From Felis catus (Eukaryota): 64,000 nt of DNA. The notes below the pieces were generated by a model. It was not told where the DNA came from, searched no databases, and saw only the letters and a program-made list of their open reading frames with translations. Position 1 is the stretch's first letter. Each line of letters begins with the position of its first letter. The stretch covers positions 157,234,001 to 157,298,000 of the forward strand of contig NC_058368.1 in assembly GCF_018350175.1 (NCBI RefSeq). Reading direction: 5' to 3'. The translations under genes were made by a program, and so were the position numbers. Shown piece by piece: positions 13,781 to 26,500 of this stretch.

Positions 13781-14135
13781 CTTTTTCTGTGAAAAAGGCC
13801 AGATACTGAATTATTTTAGGCTTTGTGAACCATATGGTCTTTTTCACAACTACTCAGTACTGTGCTAGTAGCATGAAAACAGCAACAGACAATATGCAAA
13901 CAGAGGAGCCTGGCTACTTTAGAATGAAACTTTGTTTACACAAACATAGGATTGGACCTGCGGGCCATAGTTTGCTAAGGCTAGTGTAGAACAATGGTTC
14001 ACAACTTTACTGCAAACTGGATTTACCGGAGGCTATTTAAAATCTATTAATGCCTGGCTCCCACCTCCAACCACTGAGAGTTTGCAAAGCGCCCCAGGTG
14101 AGTCTAATGTGCAGTGAGATTTGGGAAACAAGGTT
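13781..14135. mobile_element. Adjacent MER58-like and MER5-like hAT-Charlie relics
   Basis: ATTTTAGGCTTTGTG...CACAACTACTCA...GGGCCATAGTTTGC, then CCCCAGGTGAGTCTAATGTGCAG. Other MER5-like pieces at about 37755-37905 and 53727-53875. Confidence 0.65.
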
Positions 14136-14625
14136 CTGAAAACTTGTTCTTCAAACCATAATCCAGAAACATCCACATCAACTGGGAGCCTTATACATTT
14201 TTATTTGTCCCTGTTAAAAAAAAAGAAATAAAACAAAATGGTGGATTTTGTATTTATCCTTTCTACTCTTTGTAGGTCTCCATCTCATTAAACCTAGGGC
14301 ACCCTAATAAAAACTACTAGAAATGATGAAACTTGTTAAATGGCTACATATATAAAAATCAATACATAAGAATAATCACTAGATAAAAATGGGAATTAGG
14401 AAAAATATCTCACTCACATTAGGACAGTCTATAAAATAAATTTTAGCAAGAGGCCCAAACCTAGATAAAAAAATTATAAAGTTCTACTGACGTGTACAAA
14501 CAAGATATGAACATGGAATGATAGTATGTTCTTGAATGGGAAGATCTTAAAATGTCACTGCTCCAGAACTAATGTAGAAATTTCATACAATCCTGATTTT
14601 AATCTCAGTAAGAATTTCTTTTTTA

Positions 14626-14858
14626 GGGGCGCCTGGGTGGCTCAGTCACATTGTGCGTTCAACTTCGGCTCAGGTCATGATCTCACAGTTCGTGGGTTCG
14701 AGCGCTGCATCTGGCTCTGTGCTGACAGCTCAGATCCTGGAGCCTGTTTCAGATTCTGCATCTCCCTCTCTGTCTCTGCCTGTCCCCCGCTTGTGGTCTG
14801 TCTCTCTCTCTCAAAACAAAACAAAACAAAAAACTCAATAAACATTTAAACAAATAAA
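14626..14858 (+). mobile_element. CanSINE (feline type)
   Basis: GGGGCGCCTGGGTGGCTCAGTC head, (CAAAA)n tail. Confidence 0.92.
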
Positions 14859-14926
14859 GTTATAAGGCAGCATCCTAAAGAATTCTTAGGTCAAAAAATT
14901 ATACTTCTATGCTATTTTTATAATAC

Positions 14927-15135
14927 TTTTTAATGTTTATTTAGTTTTGAGAGAGGCAGAGAGACAAAGCACAAGTGGGGAAGGGGAAGAGAAGAAGGGA
15001 GACACAGAATCTGAAGCAGGCTCCAGGCTCTGTGCTGACAGCAGAGAGTCCAAACCAGGGCTCAAACTCAGAACCTTGAGATCATGACCTGAGCCAAAGT
15101 CAGATGCTTAAGCGACTGAGCCACCCAGGTGCCCC
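14927..15135 (-). mobile_element. CanSINE (feline type)
   Basis: Antisense element ending CCACCCAGGTGCCCC; TATGCTA repeated at both flanks. Confidence 0.92.
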
Positions 15136-17955
15136 TATGCTACTTTTAAAATGAAAATAAGAAAACGTAGAACATATGACACAATCAGAACTATATTCAG
15201 AATATTTTTAGCCTTAGGCTCTTAATTATTAAGAGGAAATAAAAATAAACTGTTCAAGAAGTTAAACAACAAAATAAGTATCAATTTTGTAATATTTATA
15301 GTAAAGGATTGCCATCCTTCAATAATATTTTGAGAGTCTTGCTTTCCCATAGGAAAGGGAAAGTTGCAAGGAATATTCCTCCCACATTAACAAAAATCAA
15401 GAAAAAAAGGCTAGATCATCTAAACTTTTTTTGAGCCTATCAGTGACTAAGGTTGCAAGGCAACTGGTAAACTGAATTCAAAAGGGTGGCAAGTCCCTCT
15501 GAGAAGGTGATACACTCAAACTGGTCCACCTTTGGCAGAACATCAGGGGAGGTGGAGGTGGAAACCAGTAGCCCAAAGAGTGGATAACAAAACAACGGAT
15601 ACTTTGACAAATTCTTAAAGCCCAATGTGTGTGAAAATAACAACACAAATTCTGGGAGCCCCCACACAAGGGAAACCACCTCCACTCACGAACTTTTTTT
15701 CATAGACCTCAAGCAGCACTCATGAGAAAGATTGGGGGCAGGGCTGGAGACCTAATGGAGCCAGCCCCTCAGTGGGACAGGTGGACAAATGCAGAGTGGC
15801 TACCTCTGGAGGACAAGCACAGAACCTAGAACCTTAGGTTTTAAAAACATATGTCAAGTTTAACATCACTGGTATTGAGACAAACTAGCACTATATATGC
15901 CCCTGAAATGACATACTACGGACACATTATTACCTAGGTAGTATTTCAGCCCAAAAACTCTGACTCAGATTTAATTATGTGGAAACAAAAAGCAACGTTA
16001 GAGACATTCTACTAAACATGTATCGTGGACCCTTCAGACCTGTCAGAATCATGAAAGGAAAAAGAAAGGCTGGGAAACCGTTGTAGATTAAAGGCCACTA
16101 GAGGCATAATGCAATTAAATACAACCCATGACCCTTGATTATGCCCAGCAGTGGATCAAATAAACACAACTTTGTGAAATTTTTCAGAGAGAAGAAAAGA
16201 ATCAAACTTCAAAAATGGAAAAAACAATGATCATGTTTACACCAATGAGGATCCAGAATGGCTTTAAGCTTCTCAACACACTTAAAATCCAGAAGGTAAT
16301 GGAACAATGCCATCAAAATTCAGAAGGAAAATGTTTCCAATATAGAATTCTAACCCCAGCCAAGACTTCAGTTAAGCATGATGGTAAAATAAAGACATTT
16401 TCAGACATACAAGATCCCCCAAATATACCCTTTCTCAAGAAGCCACTGAAGATGCTTTCCACCCAAGGAGGGAAATAAAGAACAAAAAATACCCATGAAA
16501 TTAGAAAGCAGGAAAAACAGCATGAGATAATGAAAGGAGTCTCTAGGATGATGGCAAAGGGAGATGCCTGGGTAACAGGTGTCCTGGAGGGCAAATGTGA
16601 TTGAATCTACGTGACTCAGGTATAATAGGCACAGTGAGACTCTCCCAGCTACGTCCTCAGCCTCTGCACAGTCTTTTTAACCTTACAACATGTCAGGTGA
16701 TGTTTTCTACCAAAAAGGAAGAAACCAAGAAAAAAGACCAGAAACCCAAGAGGCAGGAATTCCAACCCAAGAGAAGGGCAGAGAGTTTCAGTGTTGACAA
16801 CAAACGTATTTCAGGATGATAAGTGTGTAGCAGGCCTGGAAATAAACCAGCCCACATAGGAGAGAGAAGGGAGTCTCTGATAAGAAGGTTTCCAAAAAAA
16901 AAAAAAAAAATTGGAATTGCTACATTATGTTACAAAACCAAACTTATGGAAATCGAACTGAGGGACCATTTAAAGGAAGAATTAGCTGTATAACAAGGAA
17001 AATTAAGGCAGTTATTAACTTCAAGAAAACAAAAAAAATGATATTCAAAATATACTATAACATTCAGCTGAGAATATTTTCATTTCATAATAATGTAAAC
17101 ACTAAACATAGATCTAACCTGAAATTACAAGATTATTGTATCTCATGAGAAGGTAATCATGTCTGAAATCACTGAGTCAATAAATAGCATTACACATTTG
17201 TGATTTAGAATTCTGGAATTAAGTAAATGCCAGAAGAAACAGCAAATAGATTCTAAATTGGTTCCCTCTAGAAGGAGGTGTGAGGATGTGTGTATAGGAA
17301 ACGATATTGTTGTTGGCCCTCTAGTTCTGTTAGACTTTCCAAACTATGTGCATGTGTTATTTTGAGAATCATTTTCTTTAATCAATGATTTATCAGGTCT
17401 TAGTAAAGTTCTGTGAAATGTAATGTCACTGGTAGAGTCTTATTTTGCTATACGAGAGCATTTCAACAAATTTGAGACAAATTATAGAATTACCTTGAGA
17501 AATATTAAACTGATATTGCTTAGAGGAATCACTGAATTATGGGTATTGCTCACAGACAGCACCTTGGAAGAAGTGGATCATAAGCTGGGATGGTGTATGT
17601 TACAAAGAAAAAGGCCCCAGCAAAATCCCCTGAGGGGAGAATGTGAAAATTAAACCAAGAGTCTGATTTCCCAAGACTATTGCTTTTCCTCTCCCTTAAG
17701 TGTTCCATCAAGAATGGCTATCCATACACCTCTTCCAGAGCTTCCTTGGGCTCCTCTGGATGATACTGGCATAGGTATGAAAGGTAGTTTTTTCTTAGGT
17801 TGATGGATTTATAGTCAAAGCAGGAACATTTGCTCAAAATTATCTGAAATGTGTCATATATCGTCTAGTTCATTAATTCAAAACATATTTACTGATACCT
17901 AACCTGTATCAGGCCCAGTGCTAGCCACTGGAGATAGGATAATAAAAATGACAAA

Positions 17956-18163
17956 GGGGGCACCTGGGTGGCGCAGTCGGTTAAGCATCCGACTTCAGCC
18001 AGGTCACGATCTCGCGGTCCGGGAGTTCGAGCCCCAGGTCAGGCTCTGGGCTGATGGCTCAGAGCCTGGAGCCTGTTTCTGATTCTGTGTCTCCCTCTCT
18101 CTCTGCCCTTCCCCGTTCATGCTCTGTCTCTCTCTGTCCCAAAAATAAATAAACGTTGAAAAA
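17956..18163 (+). mobile_element. Young CanSINE (feline type)
   Basis: CpG-rich and near consensus; TSD AAAAATGACAAAGG. Confidence 0.95.
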
Positions 18164-18372
18164 AAAAATGACAAAGGTCTCTGGCCAAAGGACAACAGTT
18201 TAGGAATTAGGATTCCTCCAGGCAACTAACAGCACTGTCATCTGCATCTACCAACCCCTCCTATCCTGAGCATCTTAAAGTGCCAAATGTGTCCTCAGTC
18301 TGGGAATATGAACCCCAGCAGATGCCCAGGCCAGAAACACAGGAAATCTACTTACACTGTAATAATGTAAGA

Positions 18373-18584
18373 GGGTGGCTCAGTTAGTTAAGCGTCTGAC
18401 TTCTGCTCAAGTCTTGATCTCACAGTTTGAGAATTCAAGCCCTGCGTTGGGCTCTGTGCTGACAGCTCGGAGCCTGGAGCCTGCTTCGGATTCTGTGTCT
18501 CCCCTTCTCACTGCTCCTCTGCTCACTCTCTCTCTCTCTCTCTCTCTCAGATTAAAAATAAAGCATTAAGAAAAAAATTTTAAA
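18373..18584 (+). mobile_element. 5'-truncated CanSINE
   Basis: Starts at GGGTGGCTCAG (first ~10 nt missing); TSD AATAAT(G/A)TAAGAGGGT at 18361-18376 and 18585-18600, overlapping the SINE by GGGT microhomology. Confidence 0.9.
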
Positions 18585-19379
18585 AATAATATAAGAGGGT
18601 ACATAAAAGACAAATTGATGTTTCCAACAGGAAAAGTAAAATTTGTTTGTGAGGAGGAGATAGGACTAAAATAAAAGACAGCATTTAATCTAAACCATTT
18701 CCTGTGACTTGAATTTCTTTTTTGAAAATTGGCCGCCTTATCGTTCTCTTAGTCACCTTTTCTCTAGGCTTATTGGGGGCGTACTCCCTCCCAGCAACCT
18801 CCATCTGCTTGGAAAACAGAATCAAGAGAATGAAAAGCCATGATGACACATCCTCCACTGGATGGAAATATTAGGGGAAAATCAATAAATGCACTACCAT
18901 ATGCATAAAACCTATGAATGTCCCCTTCAGACTAATGCAGCAAATTTTACATCACCGAGAGAGCAGCTGTGATCCGTGGCTTCAAGTAATGAGGAGTATT
19001 TGAAACATCTGCAAATCACTGCTCCTCCTAATTGCCAAGCAACATCATTACTTTAGTTCTCTCCAAGTAAATACTCTCACTGATGGCCAGAGGAAGATAC
19101 ATGTTTATCAAAGATTCATCTCTTGGGCTCCTCTTTGCCCAAAACGCTGTTGGGTTTCTTGTGTTCCTGTTTGTCTCATGCTAGTGCATGTAGATCCATG
19201 CCATTTCTGATTATTATTTTTTTTTTAATCAAAACTAGTGTCTTTTTTTTTTTTTTTTTTTTCCTACTAGCAATCCGTAACCGTAATCCGTAACCGTTTT
19301 TGAGAGGTGCAGTCTCGGTCAGGACCCTCCTCTCTGGTGTGTCAGTCCCGGTTAGCATGCGCTTTTGCAAAGGCCGGGC

Positions 19380-21140
19380 AAAGCGACCTTCTGCCCTGTT
19401 TTGTGCTCTTCCTGTAAATTGAATAGCGAACGGGAGAGGCACCCAGAACTCAGTGGTCCCCGCCGCTACTGCGAGCGCGCTGTGGGAGCCGCGGCAGAGA
19501 TTGGAAGGGCATCCACTGGGACTGGGAGGAGAGCCACGGAGAAGGTGGAGAATAGGAATCATGTGTGTTCCTCGAGTGTACAACCCACATTTGAGTGACA
19601 AATGACGAGGACAACCTATAAAAACAACTAAGCGCGAGTCTACCCGAATCCATTTCCCTCTCTGTTGCGTGTGCGTTTTCAACAAACTTTGGGCGCCCCT
19701 CGCAGCCTCGCCTCCACCTGGGTTTCCCTCGCTTCCTACCTCCGCTCCCCCCAGGCTAAGGATGGAGGATCCCTTCAGCCCCTCAACTTTCTCGCTGGCG
19801 CCCAACGTCTCCGTACCCGTCTTTCCCGGCTGGGGTCTCAACTTCACTTCGGAACAGGGAGCCCCGGCCCCGGGGCCGCCGCCGCCGCCTCCGCCGCCTC
19901 CCGGACCGCCCGGCCGCCGCGTCCGCCTGGTCTTCCTGGGGGTCATCTTGGTGGTGGCGGTGGCCGGCAACAGCACTGTGCTGTGCCGCCTGTGCGGGGG
20001 TGCCGGGCCGTGGGCGGGCCCCAAGCGTCGCAAGATGGACTTCCTGCTCGTGCAGCTGGCCCTCGCTGACCTGTACGCGTGCGGAGGCACCGCGCTGTCG
20101 CAGCTGGCCTGGGAGCTGCTGGGCGAGCCGCGCCGGGCGGCGGGAGACCTGTCGTGCCGCTTCGTGCAGCTGCTGCAGGCGTCCGGCCGAGGCGCCTCGG
20201 CCCACCTCGTGGTACTCATTGCCCTCGAACGCCAGCGCACCGTGCGCCGGCCGCAGGGCCCGCCGCTGCCAGCGCGCGCCCTCGCCGCCCTGGGCTGGCT
20301 GCTGGCGCTGCTGCTGGCGCTGCCCCCCGCCTTCGTGGTGCGCGGGGGCGCCCCCTCGCCGCCACCCGCCGCGCCCTCGGCCCCCCGCGCTTGGCCCGGG
20401 GAGCGTCGCTGCCGTGACATCTTTGCGCCTCTGCCGCGCTGGCACCTGCAGGTCTATGCGCTTTACGAGGCCGTCGCGGGCTTCGTGGCGCCGGTCGCGG
20501 TCATGGGCGTAGCTTGCAGCCGCCTGCTCTGCGCCTGGTGGCAGCGCCCGCCCCAGGCCCCGCCGCCTTCAGCGCCCTGGTGGGCGAGTCCCGGCGGAGC
20601 CCCTGCGCCCAGCGCGCTGCCACGCGCTAAGGTACAGAGTCTGAAGATGAGCCTGGCGCTGGCGCTGCTGTTCGTGAGCTGCGAGCTTCCCTACTTCGCT
20701 GCCCGGCTGGCGGCCGTGTGGTCGTCGGGACAGGTGGGAGACTGGGAGGCCGAGGAAGTGGCGGCCGCGCTGCACCTCGTGGGAGTGGCCAACAGCGCTC
20801 TCGATCCCTTCGTTTACCTCTTCTTCCAGGCAGGCGACTGCCGGCTCCTGCGGCGGCTGCGGAGGCGCCTGGGCGCAGTCTGCTGTTCGTGGGAGGGAAC
20901 AGCGGAGGACGATGAGGGGACGGGGGGCCACCAAGCGCTTCACCGCCACCGCTGGCCCCACCCCCATTATCACCACGCTAGACGCGAGCAGCCAGAAGAG
21001 GGCTGCTGGCGCCCACCTCCGCCTCGCCCCCGGCCGCTGCCCTGCTCCTGCGAAAGCGCTTTCTAGCTGCTCGATGGCCACTCAGGTCACCGTCGCCGCC
21101 GCACGGCCTCCACGGAACACGCGGCGGGCCCGGGTCTATC
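19380..21140. promoter_or_regulatory. CpG island covering the GPR150 promoter and CDS
   Basis: Abrupt shift to very high GC and dense CpG compared with the AT-rich flanks; TATAAAA at 19617-19623 about 140 nt upstream of the ATG. Boundaries approximate. Confidence 0.85.
19762..21066 (+). CDS. GPR150: Probable G-protein coupled receptor 150 (class A orphan GPCR, vasopressin/oxytocin-receptor-like), intronless, 434 aa
   Basis: ATG in good Kozak context (AGGATGG) starting MEDPFSPS. Seven hydrophobic segments with GN in TM1, LALADL in TM2, ALER at the end of TM3, KVQSLKMS before TM6, NSALDPFVY in TM7, ending PCSCESAF*. Position between ARSK and RFESD matches known synteny. Confidence 0.96.
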   Translation: MEDPFSPSTFSLAPNVSVPVFPGWGLNFTSEQGAPAPGPPPPPPPPPGPPGRRVRLVFLGVILVVAVAGNSTVLCRLCGGAGPWAGPKRRKMDFLLVQLALADLYACGGTALSQLAWELLGEPRRAAGDLSCRFVQLLQASGRGASAHLVVLIALERQRTVRRPQGPPLPARALAALGWLLALLLALPPAFVVRGGAPSPPPAAPSAPRAWPGERRCRDIFAPLPRWHLQVYALYEAVAGFVAPVAVMGVACSRLLCAWWQRPPQAPPPSAPWWASPGGAPAPSALPRAKVQSLKMSLALALLFVSCELPYFAARLAAVWSSGQVGDWEAEEVAAALHLVGVANSALDPFVYLFFQAGDCRLLRRLRRRLGAVCCSWEGTAEDDEGTGGHQALHRHRWPHPHYHHARREQPEEGCWRPPPPRPRPLPCSCESAF

Positions 21141-21612
21141 CAGATCACAACGGGCAGGAGAGTCTCAGATTGACCCTGAAGCTGTCCCCTTCCTACACTC
21201 TCTCTTTCTAATGTTTACATTTCCCTACACTTTTCCAGGTTCTTCTCTCCCTTTCAGTTCCTCTCACATTTCCCAGTTTGGAGATGAGAGTTTGAGCCAC
21301 TGGAAATTTTAAGAACAGTCAAAGATACACAGAGTTATTTTTGCATTTCTCTTTGACGCTCCCATAGTGTTCTGGATAAGATAATTTGTTTTAGCGAAAT
21401 TGCCAAGCTTTCATTATTTGCTGTGTTATCATCTGTTTTTACTTATTTTGAATCGTGTTTAAATCAAGTGTACCTTCCAGACCAGAGAACTTGCCTTTGC
21501 TTCCAGGAGGAAAATCCCCACATTGCTCTCCCTGAGGAGCCTGGAAATTGTACCAGCGATACTGTCAGAACTATAATCGTGCTGTCACTTCAGAGCCACA
21601 GAGTATTTGTAA

Positions 21613-21618
21613 AATAAA
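21613..21618 (+). terminator. Candidate GPR150 polyadenylation signal (AATAAA)
   Basis: First AATAAA I see downstream of the GPR150 stop, about 550 nt away. Confidence 0.5.
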
Positions 21619-22292
21619 AACATTTCCCACAGAGCAATTAGTACTTTTTGTTACATGGTAATGCGTTTTCACAGAAGAAAAGCAGTGAGGCACTTATTTC
21701 CAGTCTTCCCTTCAATAGAAGCTGGGGTTTTGGAGGGATACAAAAACGCTTCCCTTTGCCCCTTTCAAATTTGCCCAGTTTCTGTAGGAAATTGTGCCCT
21801 TACCCACACGAGCCTCTACAGCTGAGACGCTGTGCTCGGGTGTAGCCTCTCAGCAGAGTCCCCAGCAAACTAGCGAAGGGAAACACCAAGGTGGTGCCTA
21901 TGGGCGGGGCTCACTGTCCCGGCTGGCGCTGCAACCACCCAATGTTGCATGCACGCAGAAAACTACCTTTAAAAAAATGAAGGCAATGCCTATTGGTGTG
22001 GGCTGCTAAGAACAAGGTAAAGAAGCAGATTTAATTGATGACCTTCTCCTTTTAACTGTCCTTGGTCCTAGAGAGAAGTGGCAGCACTTATCAACAATAT
22101 ATCCATGTGTTTACCATTGCCTTTCATCTGAGAATCAGCATGCTTTCCATGATAGTGTTTCCTGTTTAAGCACAAATGTCAAACTAAAATGCAGAAAGGG
22201 GAAATGATTGCTGGAGTTCACTTGTAGGGCCAATGCTCTCTGAGGGCTTTCTTTGTTTACTTCGCCTATGTATCCCAAAAGCTTTAAAAAAA

Positions 22293-22506
22293 ATTTTTTT
22301 TTTTTTAAATCTTTATTTTTGAGAGAGAGAGAGACAGAGCATGAGCAGGGGAGGAACAGAGAGAGAGGGATACACAGAATCCGAAGAAGGCTCCAGGCTC
22401 TGAGCTGTCAGCACATAGCCCGACGCGGGGCTCAAACCCACAAACTGCTAGATCATGCCCTGAGCCGAAGTCAGACGCTTAACCGACTGAGCCACCCAGG
22501 CACCCC
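22293..22506 (-). mobile_element. CanSINE (feline type)
   Basis: Antisense, T-rich tail, TATGTATCCC repeated on both flanks. Confidence 0.92.
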
Positions 22507-23139
22507 ATATGTATCCCCAACACTTAAACAATGCTTAATGTGTACTAGGCACTCAACACATATATGTTGAATGACTCATAATATGAGTCAGGCAAAGATA
22601 GAATGTATACAAGATTTACAAAAATCTTCATTAAGCTTTATTTACCTTCCTCCAAAGTTTTGTCAAAAAATGTTAGAGTTACAGGTTTTCCTTCATCTTT
22701 TTAATCATCCCCACCCTGCTTAAGATACCATGGGGTGTAATATACCGGGAATAAGTCAGTCAAAGAGAGAACACAGTGGTCTTCATGACATTTTTATCCA
22801 TCATTATTTTTCTTCATCAATAAACATTAATTCTTATTTTGTACCAAGCAATGTTTTAGGGGTTGAACATGCTAAGATGAATAACACACATCTTTTCCCT
22901 CAAAGATCCTATAATCGTATGTAGGAGACAATCTGAAAATTACCACACAGTATCACATATGTTTTAACAAGGGCCCCAGTCATGGTGTCACGTCACCATG
23001 AAAAAGAACATCTGACAACCTCAGGAGACTGAAGCCGTCATTCCAATGATGGTATGAAGGACCAAGTAATGGGAAGGGGGGAATGTGTAAAGGGAGGGAT
23101 CAGACAGAAGCTCTGAGAGACCTCAAAATATGACCTGGT

Positions 23140-23368
23140 GGGGCACCTGGGTGGCTCAGTCAGTTAAGCGGCCGACTTCGGCTCAGGTCATGATCTCGCG
23201 GTCCGTGAGTTCGAGCCCCACGTTGGGCTCTGTGCTGACAGCTCAGAGCCTGGAGCCTGTTTCAGATTCTGTGTCTCCCTCTCTCTGACCCTCCCCCGTT
23301 CATGCTCTGTCTTTCTCTGTCTCAAAAATAAATAAACGTTAAAAAAAAAAAAAGTTTTAAAAAAAATA
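23140..23368 (+). mobile_element. CanSINE (feline type)
   Basis: TSD AAAATATGACCTGGT on both sides. Confidence 0.95.
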
Positions 23369-24112
23369 AAAATATGACCTGGTATGTTGTATCACTTTGA
23401 ATGCTTGCAACTGAGATAATTTAAGCCAGCTAAGTCACCTTTTCTGTCATCTGTAATTTGAGAGCAACCTAACAGAAAAATGAATTCAGCTGGTTAAAAG
23501 CTGCTCTCTCGCATAAGTCCAGTGGTAGGGCTGCTCCAGAGGTGGTTAGTTGAGTAGCTTCATAACTTCACAATCAAAGACCTAGCTCCTTTTCAGTTTT
23601 CTATTCTGCCATCCTGAGCTGGTGGACTTGACATTAAGGTTGATATCCCTTGAAGTCACAGAATGACTGCTATGGTTCCAGGCATCACACTCAAATGTGT
23701 CAATATCCAGAAAAAGAAGGATTGCTCCTGTTTTTTTTTTTTTTTTCTTCACTCTATAGGAATGAAGAAACATTTCTCAGAAGTCCCAAGCAAATGTTCC
23801 TGCATGGCTCATTGGCCAGAACTATATCATATATCCATATCTAGACCATTGCAAGGGAAATGGGGCCACCATAATGGTTTAGACCTGGAGCTGAAGATGA
23901 GCTGCACAGGAAAGGGGTGAAAAAGATGAGACTTCCATTTTTTTTTTCCTTTTAAGAAGAAAAATGAAGGGGAAATGTGTATGAGGGCAAGACTAAACTT
24001 TTATATAATTGCCAAACTGTTAAAGAGATGAGTTTTATTCTATTAGAGCTTTTAATCCATGCCATCTAGAAATTATGAGAAATCTCCCTCTGGGTCAAAA
24101 ATACAGAATACA

Positions 24113-24320
24113 GGGGCGCCTGGGTGGCTCAGTCGGTTGAACATCTGACTTCGGCTCAGGTCATGATCTTGTGGTCTGTGAGTTCGAGCCCCACGTCGGG
24201 CTCTGTGCTGACAGCTCAGAGCCTGGAGCCTGCTTCGGATTCTGTGTCTCCCTCTCTCTCTGCTCCTCTCCCACTTATGCTCTGTCTCTCTCTCTGTCAA
24301 AAATAAATAAAACATTAAAA
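24113..24320 (+). mobile_element. CanSINE (feline type)
   Basis: Full head and tail; degenerate TSD ACAGA(A/G)TACA. Confidence 0.93.
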
Positions 24321-24952
24321 ACAGAGTACATATTCATGTAGTTAATTTGAAATTAAACTGTACTTTCCCTAGATTTTGTGGAAGATTTGGTTAAGCCCAA
24401 TTCATACTGAAATACTTCTATGGCTAAGGAGCTTTCTCTAACCTTAATTAAATCTGACACTTGAAGGTAGATCGAGGTGATTTAGTTCCCATCTCTACTG
24501 GCATTTGTAGATTAAGAAATTTGAAGCATTCCCTCAGAATGTTCAGCATCAATCCCAGGAAGCTGCATTGCTATAGACAACACAGAGATTGAGTTCTGTC
24601 CCCATAGAGGAAGCCCCAAGGGTTATTCTAAATTTACACTCTCAGTTGAGTGGGACATACCATTCAAACTTCACAGCAAAGGTGAATGAATGGTTGACCC
24701 TGACTTGATCTCTTTTCTAGGTATCACTCAAACAAGATATGACCAGAGGAGAAATTAAACCACACACTGGAGTTTGGGAGGAATCAAATTACATCTCCTC
24801 GCCCACTTCCCTCACACAGTTCCCCTTGGAATTTGATTTTAACTAAGCTGCCACACACAGGCCCAGACTGCAGGACTCCAGGAGGCACTATTCATATACA
24901 TGACAATGTAAATGTCAGCACCTGAACTTTAAAGCTTAAATACAAAGAATTC

Positions 24953-24985
<33 letters not shown>

Positions 24986-25299
24986 GCTGCATGGTAACAT
25001 ACAGCTAAAATAAGTAAATATGACCTATTACATAATTTGAAGCAGATAGTATGAAGAAAACAGCCAGAAGTGTAACTAAAACTACAATTAGTGACTAGCT
25101 ATAACTCACTTACTAAAAATAGAAGAGTCTAGCTCATTTGTGGAAGAGGAGGTGGATTTTTTTTCTAAGCCACTTCCTAGGAAACACAAAAGAAAGTAGA
25201 AAATTGGAGGAGCTTCCCTCTTATTCCTAAAATGTTCTGATTGATCAAAGGAAAGATATTATAAAGAAAATGAAGTCTAATTAAATTAAATTTGCTGAG

Positions 25300-25490
25300 T
25301 TGTGAGGCAGTATAATGAAGAAAAGAGTAGTCTGTAGAGCTTACAGACCTAGACCTGAATTTCATCTCTACCACTTAGTAGCTGTGTGACTTTAGGCTGT
25401 TTGCTGAATCTTTCTGAGTCTTGGTTTTCTTATCAGTAAAAATGGGGTTTATGTTATCTACTTCATAGGATTAATGTATGTAAAATACTT
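25300..25490 (+). mobile_element. MIR SINE relic
   Basis: CTACCACTTAGTAGCTGTGTGACTTTAGG...TTTCTTATCAGTAAAAATGGGG core. Other MIR relics at about 3950-4140, 7290-7510, 8250-8390, 43810-44010 and 44320-44460. Confidence 0.7.
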
Positions 25491-25959
25491 GATTGGTCGG
25501 GGGGAATCCTGTCAGCCTTCAGATTCACCCTAGTACTCAATATATGATAGTATTTTCTAACACTGGGCTGTGAGGGATAAAATCCAGTAATATTACATGA
25601 AGGGAAGCAGGGGATCTTGGGGAATCAATCTATGGAAGATTAATGCAATGATGGTAGCATCTAAACCAAGTCTAGAATGTGAAACTCTTCAGAAGCTTGA
25701 GGAGGGACCCTGGGTCCAAGAATTCCAAGCCAAATCATGCCTGTAGGATGTCCTTTATTTGCCCCAAAGGAAGTCATTTAGCCTTAGGGAACACTTTTTG
25801 TTTTCTAAAAAAGCTACAAGTTGAGTATGTTAGAGAAGCCTGATATCCATGGACATCAGTAGAAGAGCAGGTATCAAAAAAGGAGCAGGCTCCGTGGTTG
25901 CCTGCAATTACACTGATTATTCTCTTGCCTTACTAAAAGAATCCAAATTTTGTTCAAAA

Positions 25960-26500
25960 TTAACATGTTCTAATTACCTATTGTTATGCAACAAACTATC
26001 CCAAATCTTGTGGTATAAAATAACAACCATCTAATTATGCTTATGAATTTTGTGGGTCAGGATTTCAATAGAGTAGAAGAGGGCTGGCTTGTGTCTCTTC
26101 CATGATCTGGGGCCTTAGTGGGAGACTCAAATGACTGGGGTCCACAATCATCTGGGAGCTTCTCTACTCATATGTCTGCTGCCTTGGCTGGAATATTCAA
26201 AAGCTGGGCTCATCAAGAACTATTGATCAGAGGGCTTAAACTTGGCCCTCCATCTGGCTTTGGCTTTCTTACTGTATGGCAGCCTTAGAGCAGTCAAACT
26301 TCTCCTAAGGCAGCTCAAGGTTCCAAGGGCGAATGTTTTAATGGGCAAGGTGGAAGCCACATGGCTTTCTGTGGTCTTGTGGCAGAAGTCACATGGATTC
26401 CTCTGTACTCTATTGGCTGAAGCAGTCACAAACCTGCCCAGATTCAAAGACATAAACCCCACCTTCTAATGGAAGAAGTGTTAAAGACTTTGTCATATTT
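25960..26500 (-). mobile_element. MLT1-like MaLR LTR, degenerate
   Basis: MLT1-like phrases (AAACTATCCCAAA, CAGAAGTCACA, CTCTATTGG...GCAGTCACAAACCTGCCCAGATTCAA). Similar relics at about 23390-23920, 26520-26970, 35690-36080 and 58700-59110. Confidence 0.6.

Noticed and set aside
17956..18035. tRNA-like sequence with A and B boxes (also in the other SINE heads)
   Set aside because: tRNA-derived head of CanSINE followed by SINE body, tail and TSD; not a tRNA gene.
19669..19761. 31-aa N-terminal extension of GPR150 in the ORF track
   Set aside because: Starts at GTG; the first ATG with good Kozak context is at 19762 and gives the expected MEDP start.
19176..21081. Long antisense and alternate-frame ORFs over GPR150 (414, 220 and 170 aa)
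   Set aside because: Low-complexity Arg/Gly/Pro/Ala translations expected from a GC-rich CDS with few stop codons; no recognisable domain.
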